Program-made: the position numbers and the translations under genes
Shown: piece by piece, positions 21,805 to 34,200 of the stretch
Layout: each line of letters opens with the position of its first letter
Numbering within the stretch: position 1 is the stretch's first letter
Source: Sphaerodactylus townsendi
Taxonomy: Eukaryota
Direction of reading: 5' to 3'
DNA length: 64,000 nt
NCBI RefSeq assembly: GCF_021028975.2
Contig: NC_059439.1
Coordinates: 10,974,001 to 11,038,000, forward strand
The notes under the pieces: generated by a model
Seen by the model: the letters and a program-made list of their open reading frames with translations, nothing else
What the model was told of the DNA's origin: nothing
Database searches by the model: none

Positions 21805-22499
21805 TGATATAAAAAGAGGAGCAACCTCTACCCCAAATGCCGGCTACAATAAACATGTTTATCAGACTTTTAAAATGTATTTATTTAGGTAATGAAAATG
21901 CTGCACTCCAGAGACCAGAGCGAGATGTCCCACAAGTACAAACAATATAATAAAACTCCAAGAAAACAGAAACATTATCAGAGCTAAACAGAAACCATTG
22001 GTGTTAAACCATGGGCAAAAAGCAGCCACTAAGCAGATAGGGAAAAATCCATAAAATAGTCATCAGGGTAGAAGCAGGGCATCAAACAACTGCAGAAAAA
22101 TGTAAAAACCATCAGCTTGAGTAAAATATATACAAACACAATCCCTGCCTCCACTGTCTCAAATTTTAGATAGTAACTTCCATGAGACAGGGAGCACACC
22201 TTGTAATATCTGTAAAGATAATAAATACATTGATGGTGGAATAGAGGGAGGGAGGAGGGATGGATGGATAGATCCCTCATGTATTCCTTTCATTGCCAGA
22301 AGGCAAGCCAACGCGGTGATAATCATTCCCCAACTGTGACCACCAAAAGCCCTGTGGATGCTTTCTGTTGGGAACGGAAACTGAGACTAGATGAGCCACA
22401 GCCTAATCCAGCAAAGCCATTTTTCTCTGGGTTGTATCCAGGCAGCCTTTCATCCACGCTTGCCCACTCTGCCTCCTTGCATAATACCCATCAGAAGGG

Positions 22500-24644
22500 T
22501 GGTGTAAGAGGAACTCTCCTTCCTTTTTCAGCAGCAGAAAAGCTGGTTGGATCCACTCTGGATGGGCCCTTCACCTCAAACCCTAAGGAACAAGGCACCT
22601 CTAGCGCCATCTCAAGATGGAGGAAATGATCCCCAAGACTGGAAGGTGCCAAAAGAGATTGAATGAATCCCTTTCTCACTTCACAGTAAGATGGTCCATG
22701 GAAATCAAATACACACAAAGCCTCCATCCCGCAGTCCACGATCTAGAAGGCTTCTGTGGTACATTGTCTTGTCCCACTATTATTGTATATCTATGTTGAT
22801 TATGTTTATTATCAGTATTTCTGCCTTATAACTTATGATGTTACAATTATTGATGTTCTTATTGTTTATAATGCTATATTTACAATGCTATGTTTGTTGT
22901 TGTTTATAATGATATGTTATAATGCTATGCTTATTGATGCTATGTCTATTGAAGCTGTGTTTGTTGATGTTTTGTTGAAGTTATGATTACTGATGTTTGT
23001 CATTATGCAGTTGTTGTTCACTGCCCTGAGCCCTTCAGGGGAGGGCAGTATATAAATCGAATAATATAGTACACTATTCCCACGATAAGGAAGCCACAAG
23101 GCAGGTGGGGAGAGGATTTGGACAAGCATCCAGAGTGAAATCCCTGCACTGCAGTTTGCTCATGGGACTTTGCTGCCAAGGCTCAACAGACAGGAGGCTG
23201 AAAAGGGTGCTGAGTCCAAAACCTAGTTTTGCTATTGGACAGGGTCCAATTTCACAACCTGTACAGTTGTTGCCCCAGAAACAGGCCAAGAGTGATGTCA
23301 TAAAACACCTTCTGATATGGCCGTAGAGGTGGTGGGTTCTGATGAGCCAGGAGCTTGACAGCCAGGCCACTTCAGTCATTGAGCACACAGGTCACTCTGA
23401 TACCTGCAGGTGAGTAATGCAGGAGAGTAGGAACAAAAAAAGGAATGGGTTCTGGGGCTCAAAGTCTAACTAGAAACCACATCCACAGACCTTGATGACT
23501 CCCGCCCCCACCCCGGTTGTGATTAATCAGTGACCAGCAGTGGTTGTGCCTTCTCAGAGAGATTGACTCTTTTGAGGTATACTTTAAAGCAGTGGTTCTC
23601 AACCTTCCTAATGCCGCGACCCTTTAATACAGTTCCTCATGTTGTGGTCACTGACCCCCAACCCTAACATTTATCCATTTTACAGATGGCGAACACTGAT
23701 GCAGAGTCTTAAGCGACCCCTGTGAAAGGGTCGTTCAACCCCCAAAGGGGTCCTGACCCCCAGGTTGAGAACCACTGCTTTAAAGGAAGCCAGAGTGGTA
23801 TAGTAGTTAAGAGCAGTGGACTCCAATCTGATGAACTGGATTTGCTTTCCTGCTCCTCCACATGAAGTCTGCTGGCTGACCTTGGGCTAGTCCCAGTTCT
23901 CTCAGCTCCACCTACCTCGCAAAGTGTCTGTTGTGGGGAGGGGAAGGGAGGGAGTTTATAAGCCGCTTTGAGACTCTATAAAAAAAGCAGAGTACAAAAT
24001 CTCACTACTTCTTCATGTGTTCCACGTCTGAGATTGGGCATTGAAAGTACAGGGACAAATCTGCAACCTGTTGAGTATTCTCTTCAATTTAAATAGAAGC
24101 AAATGGATGTGCTGGTCAGCAGGAGTAACTACATTTAAGACGGGAGACCAAAATGGGCAAGAAGCCTTCTTAATAAAATGCAGCGCGTATTTGGTTTCTG
24201 AACAATACAAAGCCCCACACAAAAGGAAGAGTTTTGTTGTGCTTATGCATGGTGTTTTCAGAGAGCTAAAGCCAGCTCCTAGGCTGTGCCATTTTGCTAA
24301 GCCAAAATGGTCCTGGGGAGTGACTATTCGCCTCGGGGTAATTTACCAACAGGCATGGGGCAAATAGCATCTCCTTAATTTCAGGGTTGAAACTGAGCTT
24401 ACCACCTTCTAGGTGGGGTCTGCAGCCCCTCCCTCCACCCTACAGAACACCTTTTAAGGCTAAAGAGTTGTCAACAGTTCCACAAAACTTTGTAGGTAAA
24501 AGCATTAATCCAAAATCCAGCATCTGGAATTTAGGAATATCTCCGTTTTTATTAATCTCCCCCTCTCTCCAGCTCTAGTGACAATTCCCAAATGCCTTTG
24601 GAGACATGGAAGCCGGTTTAGGGAAAATTTTCATACCACAAGAG
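22500..24644 (+). pseudogene. Relic 5' end of an older GARIN paralogue: upstream region, promoter, UTR exon (donor 23409/23410) and truncated, frameshifted first coding exon (24573-24644)
   Basis: Diverged homology to 12170-13040; TGATGTCATAAAA at 23293; acceptor ctctccag at 24572; ATG GAA GCC at 24606, then a 1-nt shift into FRENFHTTR (homologous to FTKDFDVAR); cut off at 24644. Confidence 0.7.
23590..23777. mobile_element. SPIN/URR1-like non-autonomous hAT element
   Basis: CAGTGGTTCTCAACCTTCCTAATGCCGCGACCCTTTAATACAGTTCCTCATG...AGGTTGAGAACCACTG, with perfect 8-bp TSD CTTTAAAG. Confidence 0.8.
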
Positions 24645-24645
24645 T

Positions 24646-24908
24646 TGTAGTGTGCTCATGGGACTTTGCTACCAAGTCTTTCTCACCAGACACAAGGTTA
24701 GAAAAACGTGCTGACTCCAAAACACTGTTTTGCTTTTGGGCAAGCCAAGAGTCCCCCTACCCTCAATTTCACAACCTGCAAAATGGCTGCACCACATGTA
24801 GGCCAAGAGTGATGTCATAAAACACTTCTGATGTGGCAACACATGGAGTGGGTTTTGAATCTGACAGGCCAGGCCACACCAGTCATTGAGTACAGAGGTC
24901 ACTTGCGG
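24646..24908 (+). promoter_or_regulatory. Putative promoter and 5' UTR exon now attached to copy B (recent copy of 12535-12795)
   Basis: Near-identical to copy A block; TGATGTCATAAAA at 24810; donor CGG|gtgagt at 24908/24909. Confidence 0.55.
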
Positions 24909-25109
24909 GTGAGTGACACGGGGGACTAAAAACCTAGAAAGGAAGATGTTCAAAATCTAACCAGAGGCCACAATAACAGACCCTCCCCCAGTACCAGGCA
25001 TCTGGAATCCAAAAACCAGCATTTGGGCCAAATTTCCAAATATATCTGCTTTTATTAACCTCACTCTCTCCTCAGCTACTATGACAATTCCAAGGTGTCT
25101 TTTGGAGCT

Positions 25110-25232
25110 ATGAAAGCCATTTTCACAAAAGATTTTGGTGTTACAAGAAGTGGACCCCTTCAGCGGCAGCTGAGAAAGGGGGAATATGGGTTCTTCAAAT
25201 ATTCCCCCATGCTCGAAAGTGATTTTGTTCAG
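25110..25232 (+). CDS. GARIN-like copy B, coding exon 1
   Basis: Acceptor ends 25075, ATG at 25110, donor CAG|gtaagc; 119/123 nt identical to copy A exon. Confidence 0.85.
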
Positions 25233-28200
25233 GTAAGCAGCTGGGAGAGAGAAGAAATGAACCATTTATTGGGATCAAATCAGCTTGCAAGCTGTACATA
25301 CAGATCTGAGGAACAGTCCAAACATATATGCACATTGGAGGGTTGCAGTCAGCACACTCCTGCACAACCTATGAACCACCAAGCCAGCACAGCCCAGAAT
25401 TTCCTGAAAATAACATTAAATATCAATGACAGATTTGAAAACAACAACAAAACATACACATTTTTTTTCTTGTAATCTTCTTTGCCGCCATTCTCTTTCA
25501 GTGAAAATCCTTTGAAGATTCACTGGACTTACTCCAGTCTAAGTCGATTGACTTAGTCATCCCCCCCCCCCGCCCCTGCTCACATTTGATTCCAGATCAT
25601 TGAACAGTGAAATGTAACCGTAATGTCCAACCCTTTTGAGACCCCACCGCTCACTTCCTTCCATTGCAAGAGCTGTCCGTTCACTCCAAACCTGTTTCTC
25701 ATTTTTTAACCATTTACTCAAGACAGAATCTGTCCTTTTACCCTCTGACTGTTGAGTTTAATCAGGAATCTTCAGTGAAAGTCTTTTAGCAAAAGGTTAT
25801 TGGAAGTCTGTTATCTCTCAGATCACTCTCCCCCCCCCCCCACAAATGCTTGTTGAAAGGAATAACTGCAAAATCTTTGAGACAGGACTTCCCCTAGCAG
25901 AAGCCATGCCTGCAACATATCATGGCCTTTTCTGCATGCACAGCATGCCCAATGCAGATTTTCCCAGTGGTCAAATCTTGCATTTTGGAAATTATTCTGC
26001 ACACCTCCTTTCCCCCTCAGTCGTTTTGGGGTTCCCCCCGAAGTCGTTTTGAGGTTTTCCATGTCTTTTCATAGGCATTTGTTCCACATGCTGCTGAAAA
26101 TGTATTATTTTTGATGGTGATGAGATGTCCATGACACAAAAGAACAACCTTCCCCCTTTTTTCTCTTTTGTGTTGGCGCTCTAGCGTCACGGGACAGTTA
26201 TATTTTGAAGCTGAAATTCAAAAATGTCTCAGCCTCCATTTCTACTATTGAGAACTACCAGCCCAAAATGGAAGCCAGAACAACTACTGGAGCAGGCGCC
26301 ATTACCTGAAGGAACAGAAACACATAGCCCCCACCCCAAGGAACCACATTTTCTGACTTAATTTCATCTGCAGGAGTCCCTTTATTGTTACTGCAGGAGT
26401 CCCTTGTCAGTTTCCTCCTCCAAAAGCAATTTCCCTTCTCAATTTCACTTGTTCCTAACTGCTAATGCAAGATGAAATTGACAACGCTGATATAATCGAC
26501 CTGGCTTGTGCCTGTGCCCTAAGATACATTTGCTAATGTTACAAAGAGGGGGGGAAATTAAACATTCCTTTGGAAAATGGAGAAGGGTGGGGGATGGGTG
26601 CTGCAGGGTGGGGGATGGGTGATTACATGGGTGCGAGGATAGGGGTCAGGTTTTTGATGGGGTGGAGAACTAAGGACTATTTCAACTTGACTGTGCGCTC
26701 AAGGGAAGCCTGTTCGGAAATAGATTTTTTTAAAAAAACATTGTAGTAAAAGTGCTTGAGAAAACAACAGCAGGGACATGAGGGTGAAATGTTTCTGCAG
26801 CCAAACGGAGGACAAAACATGTAGAATTAAAAGAATAAACAGAGCATTTGGTGCCAAGACGCGATCTGCATTACTTGTGCGAAAAGGCCCATGTTCTGCA
26901 GAAGGCCCATGTTCTGAAGAATTCAATAAGTGCTATTGAAACGAATGGCACCTAACTTGGAGGAAACCTGAATAGAACTGAGCTTTCAGGCTGAAAGGCA
27001 GTGTAGTGCAATGGTTAACAAAGATCCAGGAGAACCAGGTTCAAATTCCCAATTTTGCCGTGGAAGTTTGCTGGGTGACTATGTCAATCACACACTCTAA
27101 GCCTTAAACTTTATATAATAAAATGGATGAGAGGAGAGCAATATAAGTCACTTTGGGTCCACATTGGGATGACAATTGGAATATAATTGAAATAGAAGGA
27201 GCCCCGTGGTGCAGAGTGGTAAGCTGCAGTACTGTAGTCAAAGCTCTGTGTTCACAACCTGCGTGTGATTATGACTGAGGTCAGTTTCAGGTACCAGGAT
27301 CAAGGTTGACTCAGCCTTCATCCTTCCAAGGTACTTAGCTTGCTGAGCTTAAAGTGTAGGTGACTGGGGAAGGCCACGGAGAACACTCTGCAAACAACAC
27401 CTGCCTAGTGTGGGGCCAGGACCACGTTACTGGTCCTACACAGCTGAATTAGTTTAAGAAATAAAAAGCAAAAGACATAGTTAGAAATAAAAGCAAAAGA
27501 CATCTGCCATTAGAAACAAACAGTTTTTACTTCGCAGAATATAGATAAGATTACAGAATGTGAACTCTCCCGAGGGAGAGACACGCCCCCTTCCGGGTGG
27601 CTCTCGAGTGAGAGTCACACCCAGCATATGAAAGACCCCAGTCTTTATAGATACAGAATACAGACGTCACACAATCATCCCCTTACGTTTCACGTATTAA
27701 TCCACACCTCTTTCACGTGCTACAAGCATGTACCTTAAATCTCATTGGTCAGAATCTGTCTCCTGGTCACATGAAGACAGCCTCTATTCTAAGTATATTC
27801 TCATTCCTTCTGTTACTCAAACGCTGCTAGCGCATGCCCTCTCTGTCTGCCCATATGCAAAAGGGGCAGCCATAAAACTAGCTTGCTGTCTCCAAGAAAA
27901 AACCATTTTGCTAAGTTTCTCCCAGAGAGAGAGATGTCCTTAGGCAATGCAGGATTCCTTAGGATCATAAAACTTCCTTCTCCCAACATGATTCTAACAA
28001 CAATTATACCTTTGATTCTAAGACAATAGAATTATGATCAAATACTAATAAATGTGAATCACTCATTATCATTTCTGTGTTCATTTAACTATATAGAAAA
28101 ACACTTTGTAATTTAACTAATCACATTCATTTCTAACCCAAAAACCAAAGTTATAAAATGCATATGTCTGATGTCACGTTGGCCCTCTTGGTGACAAGAT

Positions 28201-31200
28201 CTCAAAGATGTTAACTTGCTTGCCTGCATCTTCACTGACAAGCTGGTAACATTCCTTTGACCTGCTGCAAAAATGCAGGCTTCTGCTGGTCACTATACAG
28301 AAGCTTCCATTTTGATTCTTCAAATCCTTGGTTCAGGCCCTTCCATGTTTCTTGATTAAATACAATTTATAGACATTCTGATCCATCTCCACACTAGGAA
28401 ATGTTGTGATGTGATATCACCCCATGGGTCAGTGAGGACCTGGTGGTTGGCCAGGGGACTACCTTTATCTTTCAACCCTATGTACCCTTTCTTAGGAGTA
28501 AGCTCCATTGAAACCGGTGGAACTTACTTCTGAGTAGGCACACCTAGATGGACTCATCTCAGCTGCCAATGCAGAAGCAGACACATTGGCCAGGCAATGG
28601 GGTTTCCATGTAAGAGTTTTCTGTGCCCCCCCCCCCAATGACTTCCCTTTTCCCTGTTTTTTGTCCTGCTGCACTACCAGAAGCTGTGCTGACGGGGGCT
28701 TTCTTACCCCAAAATGGTAATTGCCATAGAACTACAGCATTTGAAGAAAAAAAAACCTCAAAAAGTTATTCGGTGACATGGCAGGGAAAAGGGCACCTGT
28801 GTGTGGCTGAAAGCAGGAAAATGGCATCCATACGGGCAGGAACTTTGCAACACAAGGTGCCCTTTTCCATCCAAATGCTCTGCTAACGAACTTGATTGGC
28901 AGCCTTTCCAAACCTATTGGAACACAGCAGGGTTGAGAAAGTGCATAGTGGGAAAAGTCCGATTAGGGCTTGATGACACACAGATGCCTCACAAGAGGAG
29001 CTGCAGTTTGGAAGCCAAAAGCAGATTCCTCATGGAATCATCTGGAGAAGGCAGCCTCAGCTTGCTCACCTCCCTGGTAATGGAAAGTCACAACCAACTT
29101 ATGGCAACACTGTAGGGTTTTCAAGGCAAGAGACATTCAGAGGTTCAGACATTCAAAGGCTTTCACGGCCGGATTCAACTGGTTGTTGTGGGTTTTCCGG
29201 GCTGTGTGGCCGTGGTCTGGTAGATCTTGTTCCTAACGTTTGACCTGCATCTGTGGCTGGCATCTTCAGAGGTGTATCACAGAGGGAAGTCTGTTGCACA
29301 CTGTGTCTAGTGAGAAGGGAAAGTTTAGTGGGGTATATTGTCCATGTCCCAGGGTGGGGAACCAATCAGTAAGTATTTGGGTGGAATTTACTATGCAAAG
29401 GTGTGACTGATTGCATTGTATTGCGAGTGGGGTTATCAGTCCAGTCACTAGACACAGTGTGTAACAGACTTCCCTCTGGTGAACTAAATTAGTCTGTGCA
29501 CTCCAGCATATGCCAGGTGGGTGATCTTGGGCTAGTCACAGCTCTTTGGAGCTCTCTCAGCTCCACCTACCTCACAGGGTGTTTGTTGTGAGGGGGGAAG
29601 GGAAAGAAGATTGTAAGCCCCTTTGAATCTCCTACAGGAGAGAAAGGGAAGTTATAAATCCAAACTCTTCTTCTTCCACAGAGGAAGCTGCCACATGGAT
29701 CCCCACTAAAGTCTTGCTGTGCTCACAGAATAAAAAGGCAGGCAGAACATTTTCAGGCATAAACCCAGCAAACAGCTGGGTAAAAACAAGAACATTATTC
29801 CTTCCGCACTAATTGTAGTACTTGCCAAGGCTGAACCAAAACAAAAACAAAGAGAGATGGAGAAAATGCATAACTAATGTGCTTGATTTTTCATAATTAA
29901 TAATTTGCATAATATGCATGTTAGTCTGGCTGGACTTTGGAATCTGGGACACAGAAGTCCCGAGTTATACGATTATGTTGTTTCTATATATGCAAATCTT
30001 CCTTAGTGTGTTGTATGCTGATCAAAGCTAATTAAATTGGCTGAGATTATCCAGTGTGTGTGCATGCGTGCATCACGTTTTCTTTTCTCTGCAGCATGTG
30101 AATGGAAGGGCAGTGCTTTAGGCTTGGAGGGGGGTAGGAAGCTGAACTATAACCCACCCTCCACACAGGGCCGGAGCGAGGGGGAACTGCGCCTGGGGCA
30201 AGCATGTGCCCTGCGCCCCTGCCATGCCCCCGCCCCGCCCCACCCCACTCCCTTGGTGCTACGCCACTATCTCCACATATGGTACCTGACCCACTTGGCT
30301 GCTGCTCTTGAAACAACATCTGAGTTATTCAGGCATGATTTGGGCCAGGACAACACTTGCAAGAAATCATTAAAAAGCACCCTTCTGATAACTGCTGCCT
30401 AAGGAAGCAAACAACTTAAACCTGGCCCAACTGACATGGATCTGAACGGATCATTTCAAAGCAGCAAGAATAGGAGCGCAAGCAACTTGTAGGTTAAGGA
30501 GAAGTAACGTTTTGAGCAACAGAACAGCTGACTGGAAAGCATCCTCACTGCATTGTGTCTAGACCACAGGTGTCAAACTTGCGGCCCTCCTGATGTTATG
30601 GACTACAGTTCCCATCATCCCCTGCCATCAGGAGGGCTGCAAGTTTGACACCTATGGCAAGTCAGTCCTGCCAGTTAGCTGCAGGGGCTGGTTGGGGTTA
30701 CCTTCCACTTGCCATACCCCCACAAAACCTCTCCGCCAATCACTTGAAAAGTTTTCCACCTTTAAACTGAAGATTCGACATTTTGAAAGTAATAAGGCAA
30801 CAAACTAGTGAATTGAGAGCTAAACACATGCTGCCACTTATGAATAAACAAATGATCGCCAAGGGCACCGGGGGGAGGAATGGGTGCTAACCAGCCATCA
30901 AGGACACACAACACTCACACCCCTTCAGCCCACAGCACGGGGGTCCTGCTGGAAGCTGGGACTCGCCTCCTCTTTCCCTCCCCTGTGGTGGGACAAGCAG
31001 AGCAAGCAGCAGACTCACCTCCCACAGCCCCAGTTCACTGCGGTGGCGGGTGAGTGGCAGCTTTGGTGCCTAGGACACCCCCAATCCTTGGAGTGGGAAT
31101 TAGTAAGGAAACCTCATCCGTCTGAAGTACTGGGGAAGGACAAGACTGACAGTCAGTGCAGTTCTCAGTAGCATAAAATGCTGGGAGTGAAGGACTCTAC

Positions 31201-34200
31201 ATTGTTTCCTACCTCAATGACAGAGAAGGGTTTATCAGTGAGTCAGATAGCTAGAGGGGGTCAAGACACTGGGCACCTTCTCTCTACTGCTCTGACACTA
31301 GCCTTTTGATGTGTAGATTGATATTCTCAGGGAACGTCCTTCCTCCTGCTTCTCCTCCTCTCTCCCACCATTCTTACACACACCTTCCATCCCGCACTAT
31401 GTGTGCAGAGAGATGGAGACAGTATCTCTCACCATCCAGCTAGTCAGATTATAACAGAGAACCTCTCTCTCCACTTTTCTATCCAGAATGGAGTTCACTA
31501 ATAAAGACTTTTGAAGGAGGACATTGATATAGTAGGCATCGCAGAGACATGGTGGAATGAGGAGAACCAGTGGGATGCTGTTATCCCAGGTTACAAGCTG
31601 TACAGGAAGGTTAGGACAGGGTGTATTGGGGGTGGTGTTGCCCTCTACATCAAAGAGAGCATAGTGTCACATAAAATGCAAGGGGAGCTGATTTCCCTAC
31701 AGAATCACTGTGGATATCAATACCAGGTGTGAAGGATGGTCTAATATTAGGAATATATTATCATCCCCCTGACCAAAGTGCACAAGAGGATTCTGAGATG
31801 GAAAAATAAATTAGAGAGGCCAACAAAAGCAAAAACGTAGTGGTAATGGGTGATTTCAACTATCCCCATATAAACTGGAAAAATGCATGTTTTTGTCATA
31901 GTAAGGAGAGAGGATTCTTGGATATGCTAAAGAGCAGATGGTTGTGGAACCAACCAGTGGAGAGGTGATCCTAGATCTAATTCTATGTGGGACCTAGGAA
32001 CTGGTATGGGAAGTCAGTGTTGTTGAGCTGATAGGGAACAGCGACCACAACGCTGTCAGATTCAGTATCTCTGCATGCGAATAAGTGACAAATACTAATG
32101 TATTTATCAAAAATGAGGGGGATAGTGTGCAGGAAGCTGAAAGGGAAAAACAAGAGAGTCAAAACTGTCCAAGATGCTTGGAGGTTATTTAAAAACACAG
32201 TAATAAAAGCTCAGCCGGAATGTGTTCCGCAGGTTAGGAAAGGCAGCACCCAGTCCAAAAGAAAGCCACCATGGTTAACAAGGGAGGCTGAGGAAATTAT
32301 TAGAAAAAAGAAGATGTCTTTTAGAAAATGGAAGTCCAGCTTGACTGATGAACAATACGAGAAGGAACACAAATGGTGGCAAAAGAGAAGCAAGTTAGCT
32401 GTAAGGAAGGCAAAAAAGGGTTATGAGGAACGCATGGCTGTGAACATCAAGACCAGCAACAAGCAGTTCTTCAAGTATATCAAAAGTAGGAAGTCAGCTA
32501 GGGAAGCGGTAGGCCCGTTAGATGATGAAGGAACAAAAGGTGTGCTAAAGGATGACAGGGAGATTGCAGAGAAGCTGAATGAATTCTTTGCATTTGTCTT
32601 CACCCAAGAGGAGGTGAGGAAAATTCCTGCACCTGAACCATGCTTCCTAGGAGGTGTATCCTAGGAGGTGTAAATTAGTAGAATCTATCGTTAAAGATAA
32701 AATTATAAAACATGTAGAAAAGCAAGACCTGCTGAGGGAGAGACAGCATAGTTTTTGTAGAGGGAAGTCCTGTCTTACAAACTTACTAGAGTTCTTTGAG
32801 GGTGTAAACAGACATGTGGATAAGGGGGAACCAGTGGACATTGTCTACTTGGATTTCCAAAAGGCTTTTGACAAAGTTCCTCACCAGAGACTGTTGAGAA
32901 AACTCAGCAATCAAGGAATAAGAGAGGAAGTCCTATGGATTCAAAACTGGTTGAGGAACAGGAAACAAAGGGTGGGTGTAAATGGGAAGTTCTCACAATG
33001 GAGAGATGTAGGGAGTGGTAGCCTCGTCCACTTGCTCTTGCAGTTGGAGGAAGGCCATGCTTCGGCTGAGCCGAGGCCTGGAGAGGGCCACCAGGGAAAT
33101 GGATTCCGCCAGCTCCTCTGGTTCAGCAGATGCCGGGAGAGAAGAGACGAAGCCCTCTTTGGGGGCTACTGTACCCTCCTCATACTCCGAATTCAACGGA
33201 CCCCGGAATCTCAACTTCTGCATGCCGAAAGACATCAGAGTCCAACAGGATCGGATAGCGTGGCTGGTTGAAGACCACGTTTACTCCGAGGAAATGTAGA
33301 GAGTCTGCATAATGTAAGGAACCTGAAAGGACCAGACTTAAAGTAACTGGAACAGTTCTTTATTTCTTAAACTTCCAAGATGCACAATACAGGAAATGCA
33401 GACTCTGACCTTTCCCCACCAGACCGCTGCTTTTACGAGCTTCTCTGGCCCCCGCCCACAGCACAAAGTAAAGTCCCCCAGAACTCCAACCTCCAAAGTA
33501 GGTTCTCACGCAAACAGAAAGTAAGACTCCACACGCATACAGTAAGCACAGATAGGCAGCAAGGTTAACAGCAATCCTGGGCACGCAGCCCAGTCCAAGG
33601 AATGTTACCAAGGCCAGGCTGGTGGACAGAAAACAGAAATCAACCCACAACCTTACAATATGTTAAGTCCGTAACTATGCTAAATGTTTTACAAGTTGTT
33701 CAGGTTATATCTTTGGATTTAGACAGATTACTTATCAACCTCTGTCAAACAGCAATATTTATAACTGTAACATCTGTTGGTATCTAAATATGTTCCTATA
33801 GGACTAGGTATGTCAGAGTTTCTCTTCGCCTGGAAACCCTCATTCAGCCAATGCAAAAAATGACACCTACAATATTTGTTTATAAATACTTGATACTGAT
33901 ATTTAATAAATATGGCAGGCAAAGTCTCAGTAAATCATAGAATGATAGAATCATAGAGTTAGAAGAGACCACAAGGGCCATCAAATCCAACCCCCTGCAA
34001 TACAGGAACACACAATCAAAGCACTCCCGACATATGCTGATCCAGCCTTTGTTTAAAAACCTCCAAAGAAGGAGACTCCACCACTTTCTGAGGCAGCGAA
34101 TTCCATTGTCAAACAGCCCTGACGGTCAGGAAGTTCTTCCAAATGTTTAGGTGGAATCTCTTTTCCTTCACCTTGAATCCATTACTCCGTGTCCTAGTCT

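Noticed and set aside
22756-23070. Hydrophobic 76-aa ORF resembling a membrane peptide
   Set aside because: Translation of a (TAT/TGT)-rich low-complexity LINE 3' tail.
32098-33271. 188- and 205-aa ORFs as genes or an RT fusion protein
   Set aside because: These are CR1 ORF2 fragments with upstream stops. The 205-aa tail is read-through into the antisense LTR element, with no promoter or splice support.
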